Translations under genes and position numbers: made by a program
Source of the DNA: Euryarchaeota archaeon UBA186
Lineage (GTDB): Archaea; Thermoplasmatota; UBA186
Length of the DNA stretch: 32,000 nucleotides
Assembly: GCA_002494765.1 (NCBI GenBank)
Contig: DACJ01000105.1
Span: 4,157-36,156 of the forward strand
Direction of reading: 5' to 3'
The notes under the pieces: model-generated
Told to the model about the DNA's origin: nothing
Seen by the model: only the letters and a program-made list of their open reading frames with translations
Database searches by the model: none
Shown: in pieces, positions 8,408 through 17,765 of the stretch
Layout: every line of letters begins with the position of its first letter
Position numbering within the stretch: the first letter of the stretch is position 1

Positions 8408-9264
8408 CCGCAAAAGCCCTCAGGATCGGTTGCGAAGAGGCCGATGAGGGGGTAAAGCTCATAGATGTGGCTAGGTCCATAGAGAACTATATAAAGGAGA
8501 TGGATGCGAACATCGCGTTTCCCGTCAACATATCTATAAATGAGATCGCAGCACACTACACCCCCGGCTACAACGATGAGAGAAAGTTCAAAAGCGGGGA
8601 TCTCGTGAAGTTGGATGTTGGGGCACATATAGAGGGTTATATAGGGGATACCGCGAGAAGCTTTGTCACAGGAGTGCCCAAAGAAAACGAGATCGAACTC
8701 ATAAATTGCAGCCAGAGGGCCCTGAATGGGGCATTGAAGGCGATAAGGGCCGGAATAACGTTGAACGAGATCGGGGGCATAGTCGAAAATATATGCAGAG
8801 CTCAAGGGTTCGTATCCGTCAGAAATCTCTCCGGGCATAGTCTCGAAAAGTTCAATCTTCACTCCGGCATTTCTGTCCCAAACTTCGCAAATGGGGATTT
8901 AACGAAGATCAGGGAGGGGATAGCCATAGCCATCGAACCATTCGCGACGGATGGAAAAGGGATGGTGACCGAAAAAGAGTACGGGAACATATACAGATAC
9001 AGGTATAGGCAGAGGGGCAATAACGAACATTCTCAGGAAGACCCATTGATGGAAATAATTCGGAGCTACAGGGGATTGCCCTTCGCTGAGAGATGGCTTT
9101 ACGATCTAGAAGGTAAGAGGGTAAGGGCAAAAATGAGGAGGCTGGTTTCCAAGGGCATTTTGACCGGGTACAGAGTTCTAGTTGAGAAGAAGAACGGTTA
9201 CGTGGCTCAATCCGAGCATACAGTGCTCGTAAACAAGCATGGTTGTGAAGTTACTACCAGGTGA
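8362..9264 (+). CDS. map: Methionine aminopeptidase, type 2 (archaeal)
   Basis: Pita-bread fold motifs FPVNISINEIAAHYTP, DVGAHIEGYIGDTA, SGHSL, IAIEPFAT, AQSEHTV. GTG start 46 nt inside the tsaC 3' end. The N-terminus aligns with archaeal MetAP2 N-termini as I remember them. Confidence 0.9.
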   Translation: MEKSERENYRGAGKIAAKALRIGCEEADEGVKLIDVARSIENYIKEMDANIAFPVNISINEIAAHYTPGYNDERKFKSGDLVKLDVGAHIEGYIGDTARSFVTGVPKENEIELINCSQRALNGALKAIRAGITLNEIGGIVENICRAQGFVSVRNLSGHSLEKFNLHSGISVPNFANGDLTKIREGIAIAIEPFATDGKGMVTEKEYGNIYRYRYRQRGNNEHSQEDPLMEIIRSYRGLPFAERWLYDLEGKRVRAKMRRLVSKGILTGYRVLVEKKNGYVAQSEHTVLVNKHGCEVTTR

Positions 9265-9401
9265 AAACTCGGGGGAAGGGGGCTGAAAATTATGGAGGGG
9301 ATGGGATGCACCATATACTACCAGCCTAGCCCTTCCGCTATAGTAAATAGCTAAGCCCTTATTTATAGTTTTCCTCTAACATCTGGGAGGTTAACTGGCT
9401 G

Positions 9402-9417
9402 TTTTTTTATTTTTTTT
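9402..9417 (+). terminator. Oligo-T tract (T7-A-T8), candidate archaeal intrinsic terminator of the mbf1-tsaC-map operon
   Basis: GTTTTTTTATTTTTTTTACC lies ~140 nt downstream of the map stop. Archaeal termination signals are oligo-T runs. Confidence 0.4.
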
Positions 9418-9448
9418 ACCTATTTTTCACTTTTCTTCCCAAAATCGA

Positions 9449-9521
9449 TGGACCGGTCGGGATTTGAACCCGAGGCCTCTCGCATGCCAAGCGAGTGATC
9501 TACCAACTGATCTACCGGCCC
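9449..9521 (-). tRNA. tRNA-Ala (anticodon GGC), 73 nt, CCA not encoded
   Basis: Hand-folded cloverleaf: GGGCCGG-TA-GATC-AGTTGGTA-GATC-A-CTCGC-TTGGCAT-GCGAG-AGGCC-TCGGG-TTCAAAT-CCCGA-CCGGTCC-A. Anticodon loop is TT-GGC-AT. The G3:U70 acceptor pair is the alanine identity element. Confidence 0.9.
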
Positions 9522-9538
9522 CGATGGACTATCTTGCT

Positions 9539-10210
9539 CTAGTATTTAATCTTGACGTCATGCAACAGCTTAAAGACGAGCCGGGCTCTCTTTTTCCCTA
9601 TTCCGTCTACGGACTCCAGCTCATCTTGAGAGCTGTTTACTATGGCCGCTACAGATCTGAACCTTTCCAACAAATTTTGAGCCATCTTCGGCCCTATTGA
9701 GGGTATCGAGGTTAATAGATAGACTTGAGGGTCTTCTTCTCTCTTCCTGAATTTTCGGTAGCTTGGCAAAAATAGCGGTGAATTCTTTCCCTGCGTCTCT
9801 CTATTTATCTCCACCTTCAGAAAGGAGATGAGCTCATCGTCGGAGCATAGGCGTATAACTGGTATCCCGTAAACATAAATACACTCGAGCATGGCTCCAA
9901 TAGCGCTGCTTAGATTGTCGTAAAGATCGAACTCACCATGGATCAAGAGCAGCTTCCTCCTCACCTCTATCCCAAAAACGTCCTCGGCCCGAGCCAATCT
10001 TTCAAGTTGATCCCATATCCTATTGTTCCAGATAGATGAGAAAAAATCCCTTACCGCTTTTCTCTCGATCAGAGTACACTCATTTTTTTCCGTTATGGCT
10101 ATGTCCCCCACGTTCAGCTCAATCACTCTTACCTCTACCATCGGATCCGATAGAGCTCTGAGGGATTCGATCATGTATGGGGGTTCCCTGTAATCGATAA
10201 ACACCCTCAT
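9539..10210 (-). CDS. xpf: Short-form archaeal XPF/ERCC4 structure-specific endonuclease (nuclease + HhH2, no helicase domain)
   Basis: ERCC4 motif GDIAI..(n)..ERKAVRDF. C-terminal tandem helix-hairpin-helix IPSIGPKMAQNLL..VDGIGKKRA. ATGA overlap with the upstream DUF2085 gene. Stop TAG. Confidence 0.85.
   Translation of the reverse strand: MRVFIDYREPPYMIESLRALSDPMVEVRVIELNVGDIAITEKNECTLIERKAVRDFFSSIWNNRIWDQLERLARAEDVFGIEVRRKLLLIHGEFDLYDNLSSAIGAMLECIYVYGIPVIRLCSDDELISFLKVEINRETQGKNSPLFLPSYRKFRKREEDPQVYLLTSIPSIGPKMAQNLLERFRSVAAIVNSSQDELESVDGIGKKRARLVFKLLHDVKIKY
9544..9550 (-). promoter_or_regulatory. TATA-box-like element (TTAAATA) for tRNA-Ala
   Basis: Centred ~26 nt upstream of tRNA position 1 (9521). 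It lies inside the last codons of the XPF gene. Confidence 0.4.
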
Positions 10211-10671
10211 TTCTCCCCCTCGTGATTCCCTATCCTGTTTATTACTATCCCCAAAACGAAGCCCGCTATAACTCCTAAAAGAGAACCGGTGATCAAACGT
10301 GTGACGTTATCGCTCTCATATGCTGTTATCTCCTGGAGCAGTCCATCTACAGCGATGGGAAGGACAAACAGCGCGATTATAACCGGATGAATGATCTTTT
10401 TTCTGGATGGCGCCATCAAAATCAAGAGAAGCTCCCCTATCTGAAGAAAAAACCATATACCCGTGCACCTGGAGCAAACGACCATCTGATTGCCCCATAT
10501 CTCGAACGATCTTTGGGGCAACTGGTGGCACGTTATGGAAAAAAGATTACGGATCCACTCTACATCATATATCGTTCCTATTAGAATAAGGATGGGCGGT
10601 ATGCATAGCAAAGCGAGAACTAAGATGTGATACCTCAGATTTTTCGACAACCCTTTCTCCTGAGCTTGCAT
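10207..10671 (-). CDS. DUF2085-family membrane protein
   Basis: CHQLPQRSF..(n)..VCSRCTGIW flanked by about four TM helices, the pattern I associate with DUF2085. Confidence 0.65.
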   Translation of the reverse strand: MQAQEKGLSKNLRYHILVLALLCIPPILILIGTIYDVEWIRNLFSITCHQLPQRSFEIWGNQMVVCSRCTGIWFFLQIGELLLILMAPSRKKIIHPVIIALFVLPIAVDGLLQEITAYESDNVTRLITGSLLGVIAGFVLGIVINRIGNHEGEK

Positions 10672-10795
10672 TAAAGATTAAACGCGTTTATGTTTAAATG
10701 CTTTGATGGCTAGGATTTATTCGTTTAAGACAGAAAGGAACTCGTTGGACATAATTCGAAAGCCCAAAAAAAAACTTAAGTTTCCTAACATATTA

Positions 10796-12499
10796 ATGCC
10801 CATGAAGACTAGGAAAGGGGATGAGAGTAGGAGGAAAGAATTGCAGACCTTAAAGGGATTCCCATCAACTTCGCAGGATAATTACCAGCTAAACATGGTC
10901 AATATCATCAGGCACGCGGTAAGATGTTTCGCCAAGCAGGAGATCGTCTCCAGAAAGCCAGATGGAATATTCCGCTATACCTACCAAGATGCTTATGAAA
11001 GGATAAAGAAACTCGCCAACGCTTTAGAAGGGCTGGGAGTAAAAATCGGCGATCGTATAGGAGTACTCGAATGGAATACGTACAGATATTATGAAATGGA
11101 CTTTGGCATTCCGGGCACTGGAGCTGTACTCCTCCAATTGAACCTGAGACTTCCTCCCCCAACTATAAGCTACGTCGTAAATCACGCCGAGGCCAAATTC
11201 ATATTTGTAGACGAATCGTTGATACCTGTCGCTGAGGCAATCGCTCCCCTATGCAAGATTAAAGGTTATATCATACTTACCGACAAAGATCTAAGCGAGA
11301 TGAAGACAAAGCTGAGCCCCGTTTACAGCTATGAAGAGCTGCTGAAAGAAGCGGAGCCAGAGTACGAATGGCCAAACCTCGATGAGACCTCCACCTATGC
11401 CGCCTGCTATACCACTGGGACGACTGGCGACCCCAAAGGGGTCTACTATTCCCATCGAAACGTCTATCTTCATTCCATGGCAATCGCTCTGTCCACGGAA
11501 CTGTCGTATAGGGACTGCTTCCTGCAGATGGTCCCGATGTTCCACGCCATGGGTTGGGGCACTCCTCAGGCCGCCACTCTCGCCGGGGCAAAACTCCTTC
11601 TCCCAGGAAGGTATGCGGCAGAGGATTTGGGCTCGATCGTGGAGTTGATGGCAAAGGAGAAGGTAACGGTTGGAGATGGGGCACCAGCCATTTTCCTGCC
11701 TATGCTCAGGTACATAGAAAAAATGGAGAAGAAACCCAACTTGAAGGGCGCGCGTTTAATTTCTGGTGCCACTGAACCACCGATAGCCATGATGAAGGGT
11801 TTCCATGATTTGACCGGGGCCGAGATCGTCCATGCTTATGGCGCGACTGAAACCACTCCACTTGTCACCATAAACAGGTTGAAGCCCTGGCTTGAGGATA
11901 AGTTGTCGGAAGAGGAGAAGTGGGATCTGAGGAGAAAGCAGGGCTATACCGTCCAAGGCTTGGACATCAAAATCATCGATGACCAGGGTGAATAGCTTCC
12001 CCATGATGGCGAATCAGTAGGGGAAGTAGCCATTAAGGGTCCGTGGATTGCTGGTCAATATTACAATGCTCCCGAGACCGAAAACCAATTTACCGAAGAT
12101 GGTTACTGGAGAAGCGGCGACGCTGGAACCATAGATCCCGAGGGATACATGAAGATAACCGACAGGGTTAAGGATCTGATTAAGAGCGGTGGCGAGTGGA
12201 TCTCTTCAGTAGACATGGAGAATGAGATGATCTCTCATCCGTCGGTGTTAGAGGCCGCCGTCGTAGGGGTTAATCATCCAAAATGGGAGGAGAGACCATT
12301 AGCCCTGGTAACCTTAAGAGGAGAACAGAAGGGCAAAGTGAACAAGGAGGACATATTAGAGCACATCAGTAAAAAGTTCGCCAAATGGCAACTTCCTGAC
12401 GAGGTAAAATTTGTCGATTCGATCCCCAAAACCAGCGTTGGCAAGATCGATAAAAAGGCGATAAGGGAACAGTATAAAGACATCTATAGGAAGAAATGA
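10796..12499 (+). CDS. Medium/long-chain acyl-CoA synthetase (ANL superfamily), single gene interrupted by one in-frame TAG at 11993-11995 (pseudogene or recoded)
   Basis: Track ORFs 10703..11995 and 12149..12499 are in the same frame, and 11996..12148 is open in that frame (LPHDGESVGEVAIKGPWIAGQYYNAPETENQFTEDGYWRSGDAGTIDPEGY). Motifs LKGFPSTS, YTTGTTGDPKGV, YGATE, GEVAIKGP, SGGEWISS, PKTSVGKIDK. The start is probably ATG 10796 or 10802. Confidence 0.85.
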
Positions 12500-14139
12500 T
12501 TTTAGCATCGCAAGAAATTAAAGAATGGACGGAAAAGGGGATTTGGGGAGAGAAAACCCTCATTGATTACTTCAAGGAACAAGCCGCTAAACACCCTGAC
12601 AAAGTGTGTCTGGTGGACCCCCCAAATAAAAAAGATCTGGTAGGATTGGAACAGGAGAGGCTAACATACGATTAGCTGAATAGGGCGGTTGATGCCACGG
12701 CTGAGGGTTTAATCGAGATGGGGGTTAAAAAGGATGACATCGTCATGGTCCAGCTTCCCAACTGCTGGGAACTGGCGATGCTCTATCTTGCAATTGCCAG
12801 GGCAGGTGCCATTATCTCTCCTTTGCCGGTGCAGTGGAGAGCATCAGAGCTGGAGTATATCGCGGAGTTGACCGAAGCTAAGGTATTTATTACGGTAGAA
12901 GAGTTTCACGGTTTTAAGCATAAGAAGATGGGGGAAGAACTCTTGAAGCACCCTAACTTGGAACGTGTCATCATCCTACAAGAGATCAGGGAGATGAGCA
13001 AGGGAATGAGCAAACTCGAGAGGATCGATGGGGCCAACGATATTTTTACCCTAAACTGGACTTCCGGTACAGAGGCCCAACCCAAGGGATGCCCAGCAAG
13101 TCATAACAATTGGATCGTCCAGGCTTCTCTCCAGATAGAATCCGTGGGGATAGAACCGGGGGATAACTTCCTCACTGCGGGACCATTGGTCAATATGGCT
13201 TCTGTCGGAACGGTATACATCCAATGGCTGATGGTAGGCGGTAAACTCGTTTTACACCACCCATTTAACGCTGAGATATTGTTCAAGCAGCTGATAGAGG
13301 AGAAGATCAACTACACCCTTCTCGTACCGGCGGTGGTGAACATGCTCCTAAAACACCCAAAAGTGGATGAATTCGACCTTAGCAGTGTGAGGGCTATCAC
13401 CATAGGTTCTGCACCCCCCTCACTCTGGTCCGCTCAGGAGCTCAAAAGACGTTGGGGGATAGAGTTTGGCAATATATGGGGGCAAAACGAATCAACAGCC
13501 ATTATCTCTGGGCCTTTCGATGTACCGGATATGGAAAAAAGGATCGATCATTTCCCTCAATTCGGAAAGCAGGGTATAAAATGGGCATCCGCGACGTCTC
13601 AATTCATTCAAACAAAGCTAATAGATCCCGCTACCGGAAAAGAGGTAACCGAGGTCGGTAGCGTTGGGGAACTGTATTACAAAGGGCCAAATGTAATTCC
13701 TTGTTATTTTAAGAGACCGGGTCTAACGGAAAAATCGTTCGATAAAGGGTTTCTTAGGACAGGTGACCTTTTTCAGATAAAAGAGGGGCACTATATCGGT
13801 TTTTTTGATAGATGTAAAGACATTATTATCCGCGGCGGTTTTAACATCAGCGCTCAGGAGATAGAAAATATGCTCTTGGGGCATCCAAAGGTAATGGATG
13901 TAGCAGCGATCGCCATGCCTGATGAGATCATGGGAGAAAGGACTTGTGTTTATGTGGTTCCTAGGAGAGAAGTCGAACTGGAAGATCTAACATCATTCAT
14001 GAAAGAAAAAGAGATAGCGACCTACAAGCTTCCAGAGCAACTGGTGATAATTGATGCTATTCCAAGAAATCCCTTCGGAAAAGTCCTTAAAGGAAAACTC
14101 AGGGAAGACATAAAGAAAAAATTAAAGACTACTAACTAG
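12496..14139 (+). CDS. Second AMP-dependent acyl-CoA ligase paralogue (AliA/EntE-like), interrupted by one in-frame TAG at 12673-12675 (pseudogene or recoded)
   Basis: ATG 12496 overlaps the TGA of the preceding gene (ATGA). 12496..12672 reads MILASQEIKEWTEKGIWGEKTLIDYFKEQAAKHPDKVCLVDPPNKKDLVGLEQERLTYD, then TAG, then LNRAVDATAEGLIEMGVKKDDIV.., continuous with track ORF 12718..14139. Motifs WTSGTEAQPKG, GELYYKGPN, FLRTGD, IIRGGFNIS, PRNPFGKVLK. Confidence 0.85.
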
Positions 14140-14177
14140 AACTAAATCTAAAAATCTAAATATTCCTTTCTGTTTTC

Positions 14178-15635
14178 ATGTCGATGTGGAATGGCCCTCT
14201 AGAAGAGATAGACGAATACAGGTTCAAGATCCCACAAGATTATAAAGAAGGGATGAGGGTACCTGGCATAATCTACACATCTAAAGAATTGATGCAGGGG
14301 CTTAGAAAGGACAACGCGCCAGAGCAAGTAGCGAACGTTGCCACTCTTCAAGGGATAGTGAAGGGCTCCCTCGCCATGCCCGACATACACTGGGGCTATG
14401 GTTTTCCCATTGGAGGGGTGGCCGCCATGGACGTCGAACAGGGCGTGATATCGCCCGGTGGGGTGGGATTCGACATAAATTGTGGAGTCAGGCTTTTGAG
14501 AACCGATTTAGAGACCAAGGATCTGAGCAAAGGCAAAATAAAAGAGATAGTGGACTCGATGTTCATCAACGTTCCGAGCGGCGTCGGTTCCAAGGCTAGA
14601 GTTAAACTTTCTTCTTCGCAACTAAACGATGTTCTGGAGGAGGGGGCTAGATGGGCCGTGAAAAACGGATATGGGTGGGATGATGATCTCGCCCATCTGG
14701 AAGAAAAGGGTTCTATGAAGGAAGCGGATCCCTCCAAGGTTTCCCAAAAGGCCAAACAGAGAGGCGCGCCCCAGCTAGGCTCCCTTGGTGCCGGAAACCA
14801 CTTTTTGGAGGTTCAGATAGTGGATGAAATCTACGACGAGAAGATAGCCAGGAAGTTCGGACTTTTCAAGGGGCAGATCACATTCATGATCCATACGGGG
14901 TCAAGGGGATGCGGCCATCAGATATGCCAGGATAGTCTATCCGTCATGGAGAGAGCCGTGTCCAAGTACGGCATTAAACTACCGGATAGACAGCTGGCCT
15001 GTGCCCCTATAGATTCAGATGAAGGGGTTAACTACTTTAAGGCCATGTGCTGTGGCGCCAACTTTGCCTGGGGGAACAGACAGATGATAACCCATTGGGT
15101 GAGGCAGTCAGCTCAAAAGGTTTTGAAAGAGGATTCCGAGGATCTGGGAATGCGGGTGGTATACGATGTCTGCCACAACGTGGCGAAATTCGAAAAACAC
15201 CTGGTCGATAACCAGATAAAAAACCTCTGCGTTCATCGGAAAGGCGCCACTAGAGCGTTCGGCCCGTATGAAAGAGACGTCCCACCCGATTACGAGTCCG
15301 TAGGGCAGCCCGTCCTGATACCTGGCGACATGGGAACTGCCTCTTACGTTCTGGCTGGAACTAAAAAAGCCATGGAGGAGAGTTTCGGGTCCACCTGTCA
15401 TGGGGCCGGTAGAGTCCTATCGAGACATGCAGCCGTTAAAAGGTTCAGCGTCGGCAGCATAGAGAGAGAACTTTCGGACAAGAACATCTATCTCCATGCC
15501 GCCAGCAAAAGGGTAGTGGCCGAGGAAGCGCCTGGGGCTTACAAAGACGTAGACGCCATAGTCGAGATAACTCATGGTGCCGGGATAAGCGAGAAGGTAG
15601 CCCGGATGATTCCTATAGGGGTGGTTAAGGGGTAA
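14178..15635 (+). CDS. rtcB: RNA-splicing ligase RtcB
   Basis: Motifs GFDINCGVRLL, HTGSRGCGHQ, GSTCHGAGR and VARMIPIGVVKG at the C-terminus. 485 aa, no intein. Confidence 0.95.
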   Translation: MSMWNGPLEEIDEYRFKIPQDYKEGMRVPGIIYTSKELMQGLRKDNAPEQVANVATLQGIVKGSLAMPDIHWGYGFPIGGVAAMDVEQGVISPGGVGFDINCGVRLLRTDLETKDLSKGKIKEIVDSMFINVPSGVGSKARVKLSSSQLNDVLEEGARWAVKNGYGWDDDLAHLEEKGSMKEADPSKVSQKAKQRGAPQLGSLGAGNHFLEVQIVDEIYDEKIARKFGLFKGQITFMIHTGSRGCGHQICQDSLSVMERAVSKYGIKLPDRQLACAPIDSDEGVNYFKAMCCGANFAWGNRQMITHWVRQSAQKVLKEDSEDLGMRVVYDVCHNVAKFEKHLVDNQIKNLCVHRKGATRAFGPYERDVPPDYESVGQPVLIPGDMGTASYVLAGTKKAMEESFGSTCHGAGRVLSRHAAVKRFSVGSIERELSDKNIYLHAASKRVVAEEAPGAYKDVDAIVEITHGAGISEKVARMIPIGVVKG

Positions 15636-15642
15636 TAAAGGA

Positions 15643-16929
15643 ATGGAGTATCTGGAAGCGCTAGATTATCTATATTCTCTTGAACAGTCAAGCGCCAAGC
15701 TAAAGCTGGACAACATAAGGGATCTCTTGAACAGATTGGACAGTCCGCACTCGTGCTTTCCCGCAATCCATATAGGGGGCACGAACGGAAAGGGTTCCAC
15801 ATGCTCTATAGTCTCATCGGTCCTCTCCTCCTCTGGTTACAAAACTGGTCTATATACCTCCCCTCATCTCCAATCCTTCGTCGAGAGGATTCAGATAAAC
15901 CATAAACAGATCTCACCCAAAAGAGTGGGGGAATTAATGGAAAGCATCGCGATGATAATGGAAAAGATGGAGGGAAAACCCACGGTCTTCGAGGTCGCCA
16001 CTGCTATGGCTTTCAAACACTTCCAGGAGGAGGAGGTGGATGTCGCGGTTGTTGAGGTCGGAATGGGGGGGAGATTGGATGCCACCAATCTGGTAAATCC
16101 CATCGTCACGGGGGTTACTAACGTAGAGCTGGACCATCAGAGATCGCTGGGAGAGCATAGGACCAGCATCGCACTTGAGAAGGGAAGCATAGCCAAACCT
16201 CGCGTTCCCATGGTTCTCGGAAACGGAAGCGCAGAGGTGCACGAGGTGATAGGGGGGCTCTGCAAGAGGGTTGGAGCGCCTCTACATTTCGCAAACGAGG
16301 TGTATCTGAAAAAGGAGAGATTCGATAAAAAAGGGCAGATCTACGAGATCGGTTACGGGGGTGAGATACTGAGGGTTAAGACGCCCTTGTTGGGTCACTT
16401 CCAGGACGATAACCTGAGGATGGCTATCAAGGTAATGGAAACGTCCGGGTTGGATGTAGAACCAGAATCGATCAAGGATGGCTTGTCAAAAACAGAGCAT
16501 CCCGGCAGGATGGAGGCGGTAAGCGAAGATCCCTTAGTGGTACTCGACGGAGCTCACAATCCATCCAAAATCGAAGCCCTCATTGGATCTCTAAAAGACT
16601 TTTTCCCCGGAAAATTCGCCTTCGTCTTCGGCGTGATGAGGGACAAGGACGTGGAGACCATGCTCAGGAGACTAGCAGGGAAGGGAAAGAAATTCTATTT
16701 GACGAAGGTCGACTACCATAGAGCCATGGAGCCGGAAGAGATAGGCAATATTCTGTCAGGGATCGGTAATGGCGTAAGCTATGAGGTGGCAAAGGACCCA
16801 GGTGAGGCTCTGAATAGAGCCATCGAAAATGGGGAGCGGAGAATATGCGCAACTGGCTCCCTATATATAGCTGGATATCTAAGATCGCTCTACCTTGAGC
16901 CCATTGTAAGGGACAATCACAATTTTTAG
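15643..16929 (+). CDS. folC: FolC-like Mur-ligase family protein (folylpolyglutamate/dihydrofolate synthase type)
   Basis: P-loop HIGGTNGKGST, EVGMGGRLDATN and LDGAHNP. In an archaeon the physiological substrate could be another pterin or cofactor. Confidence 0.75.
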   Translation: MEYLEALDYLYSLEQSSAKLKLDNIRDLLNRLDSPHSCFPAIHIGGTNGKGSTCSIVSSVLSSSGYKTGLYTSPHLQSFVERIQINHKQISPKRVGELMESIAMIMEKMEGKPTVFEVATAMAFKHFQEEEVDVAVVEVGMGGRLDATNLVNPIVTGVTNVELDHQRSLGEHRTSIALEKGSIAKPRVPMVLGNGSAEVHEVIGGLCKRVGAPLHFANEVYLKKERFDKKGQIYEIGYGGEILRVKTPLLGHFQDDNLRMAIKVMETSGLDVEPESIKDGLSKTEHPGRMEAVSEDPLVVLDGAHNPSKIEALIGSLKDFFPGKFAFVFGVMRDKDVETMLRRLAGKGKKFYLTKVDYHRAMEPEEIGNILSGIGNGVSYEVAKDPGEALNRAIENGERRICATGSLYIAGYLRSLYLEPIVRDNHNF

Positions 16930-16966
16930 CCTTATGGGAGAAAACATTCAAAGACTTAAAAATTCT

Positions 16967-17002
16967 TTCCAAAGGAAAAAAGTTTTTTCCAAAGGGAAAA
17001 AG
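16967..17002. repeat. Tandem direct repeat TTCCAAAGG(G)AAAAAG x2 with a 20-nt period, upstream of nadE
   Basis: Copy 16967..16982 (TTCCAAAGGAAAAAAG) and copy 16987..17002 (TTCCAAAGGGAAAAAG), 29 nt upstream of the nadE ATG. Confidence 0.6.
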
Positions 17003-17030
17003 ATTAGTATCAAGATTCGATTGGGACAAG

Positions 17031-17765
17031 ATGATTGGGATAGAGGAAAATATCTCAAACTGGATATTGAAAAAAGTTGAAGACGCAGGGGCTAGGGGGG
17101 CAATTCTTGGACTGAGCGGTGGTCTAGATTCAGCAGTGACCGCTCTCCTTTGCAAGAGAACGGTACCGACCCTTGCTCTTATAATGGACTGCGCTTCTGC
17201 CAAAGAAGACATCGATCTAGCTCTTGAGATAGCTAGAAGTTATGAGATCCCCCATAAGCTCATAAAATTGGATGAAGTGCTCAGAGCTCTTCTTCTTGCC
17301 ATACATACCACAGATGTTGACAAAGAGACCCTTGGCAACGTAAAGGCGAGGCTCAGGATGATAACCCTATACTTTCATGCGAACCAATTCAACTACCTGG
17401 TCGTCGGCACGGGGAACAAGAGCGAGCTCTCCGTCGGATATTTCACAAAGTACGGGGATGGTGGGGTGGACATCTTGCCCCTGGGCGATCTCTACAAAAC
17501 TGAGGTAGGGGAGATAGCTAGACGGATGCTCTTGTCCAGAGAGGTCATTGAGCGCAAACCCTCTGCAGGGCTATGGGAGGGGCAGACGGATGAGGGAGAG
17601 ATTGGCATGAGCTACGAGGAGTTGGACTCAATCCTTATAGGTATGCCGCTAAAGGGGAAGATAGAGGAAAACAAGGTCAGAAAAATTGCGGAGATGACCC
17701 GAATAAGCGAGCACAAAAGGGCTAAGATACCGATATTCAAGGTAAAGAGGCCTTTACCCGACTAG
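17031..17765 (+). CDS. nadE: NH3-dependent NAD+ synthetase
   Basis: PP-loop SGGLDS, GTGNKSELSVGYFTKYGDGG and SEHKR. Stop TAG. Confidence 0.9.
   Translation: MIGIEENISNWILKKVEDAGARGAILGLSGGLDSAVTALLCKRTVPTLALIMDCASAKEDIDLALEIARSYEIPHKLIKLDEVLRALLLAIHTTDVDKETLGNVKARLRMITLYFHANQFNYLVVGTGNKSELSVGYFTKYGDGGVDILPLGDLYKTEVGEIARRMLLSREVIERKPSAGLWEGQTDEGEIGMSYEELDSILIGMPLKGKIEENKVRKIAEMTRISEHKRAKIPIFKVKRPLPD

Noticed and set aside
8197-8862. 221-aa minus-strand ORF
   Set aside because: It lies antisense to the clearly real tsaC and map genes, and its product has no recognisable features.
9271-9305. G-rich run GGGGGAAGGGGGctgaaaattatggaGGGGatGGG downstream of map
   Set aside because: It has four G-tracts, but the central loop is 14 nt. 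That falls outside the canonical G4 definition, unlike the motif at 4267-4299.
11277-11684. Pro/Arg/Ser-rich 135-aa minus-strand ORF and several other 60-90-aa ORFs inside the first ligase gene
   Set aside because: They are antisense or off-frame shadows within a strongly supported ANL-ligase CDS, with the composition typical of non-coding frames.
16664-17212. 182-aa minus-strand ORF spanning the folC-nadE junction
   Set aside because: It overlaps two well-supported plus-strand genes and the intergenic repeat. Its product is low-complexity with no motif.
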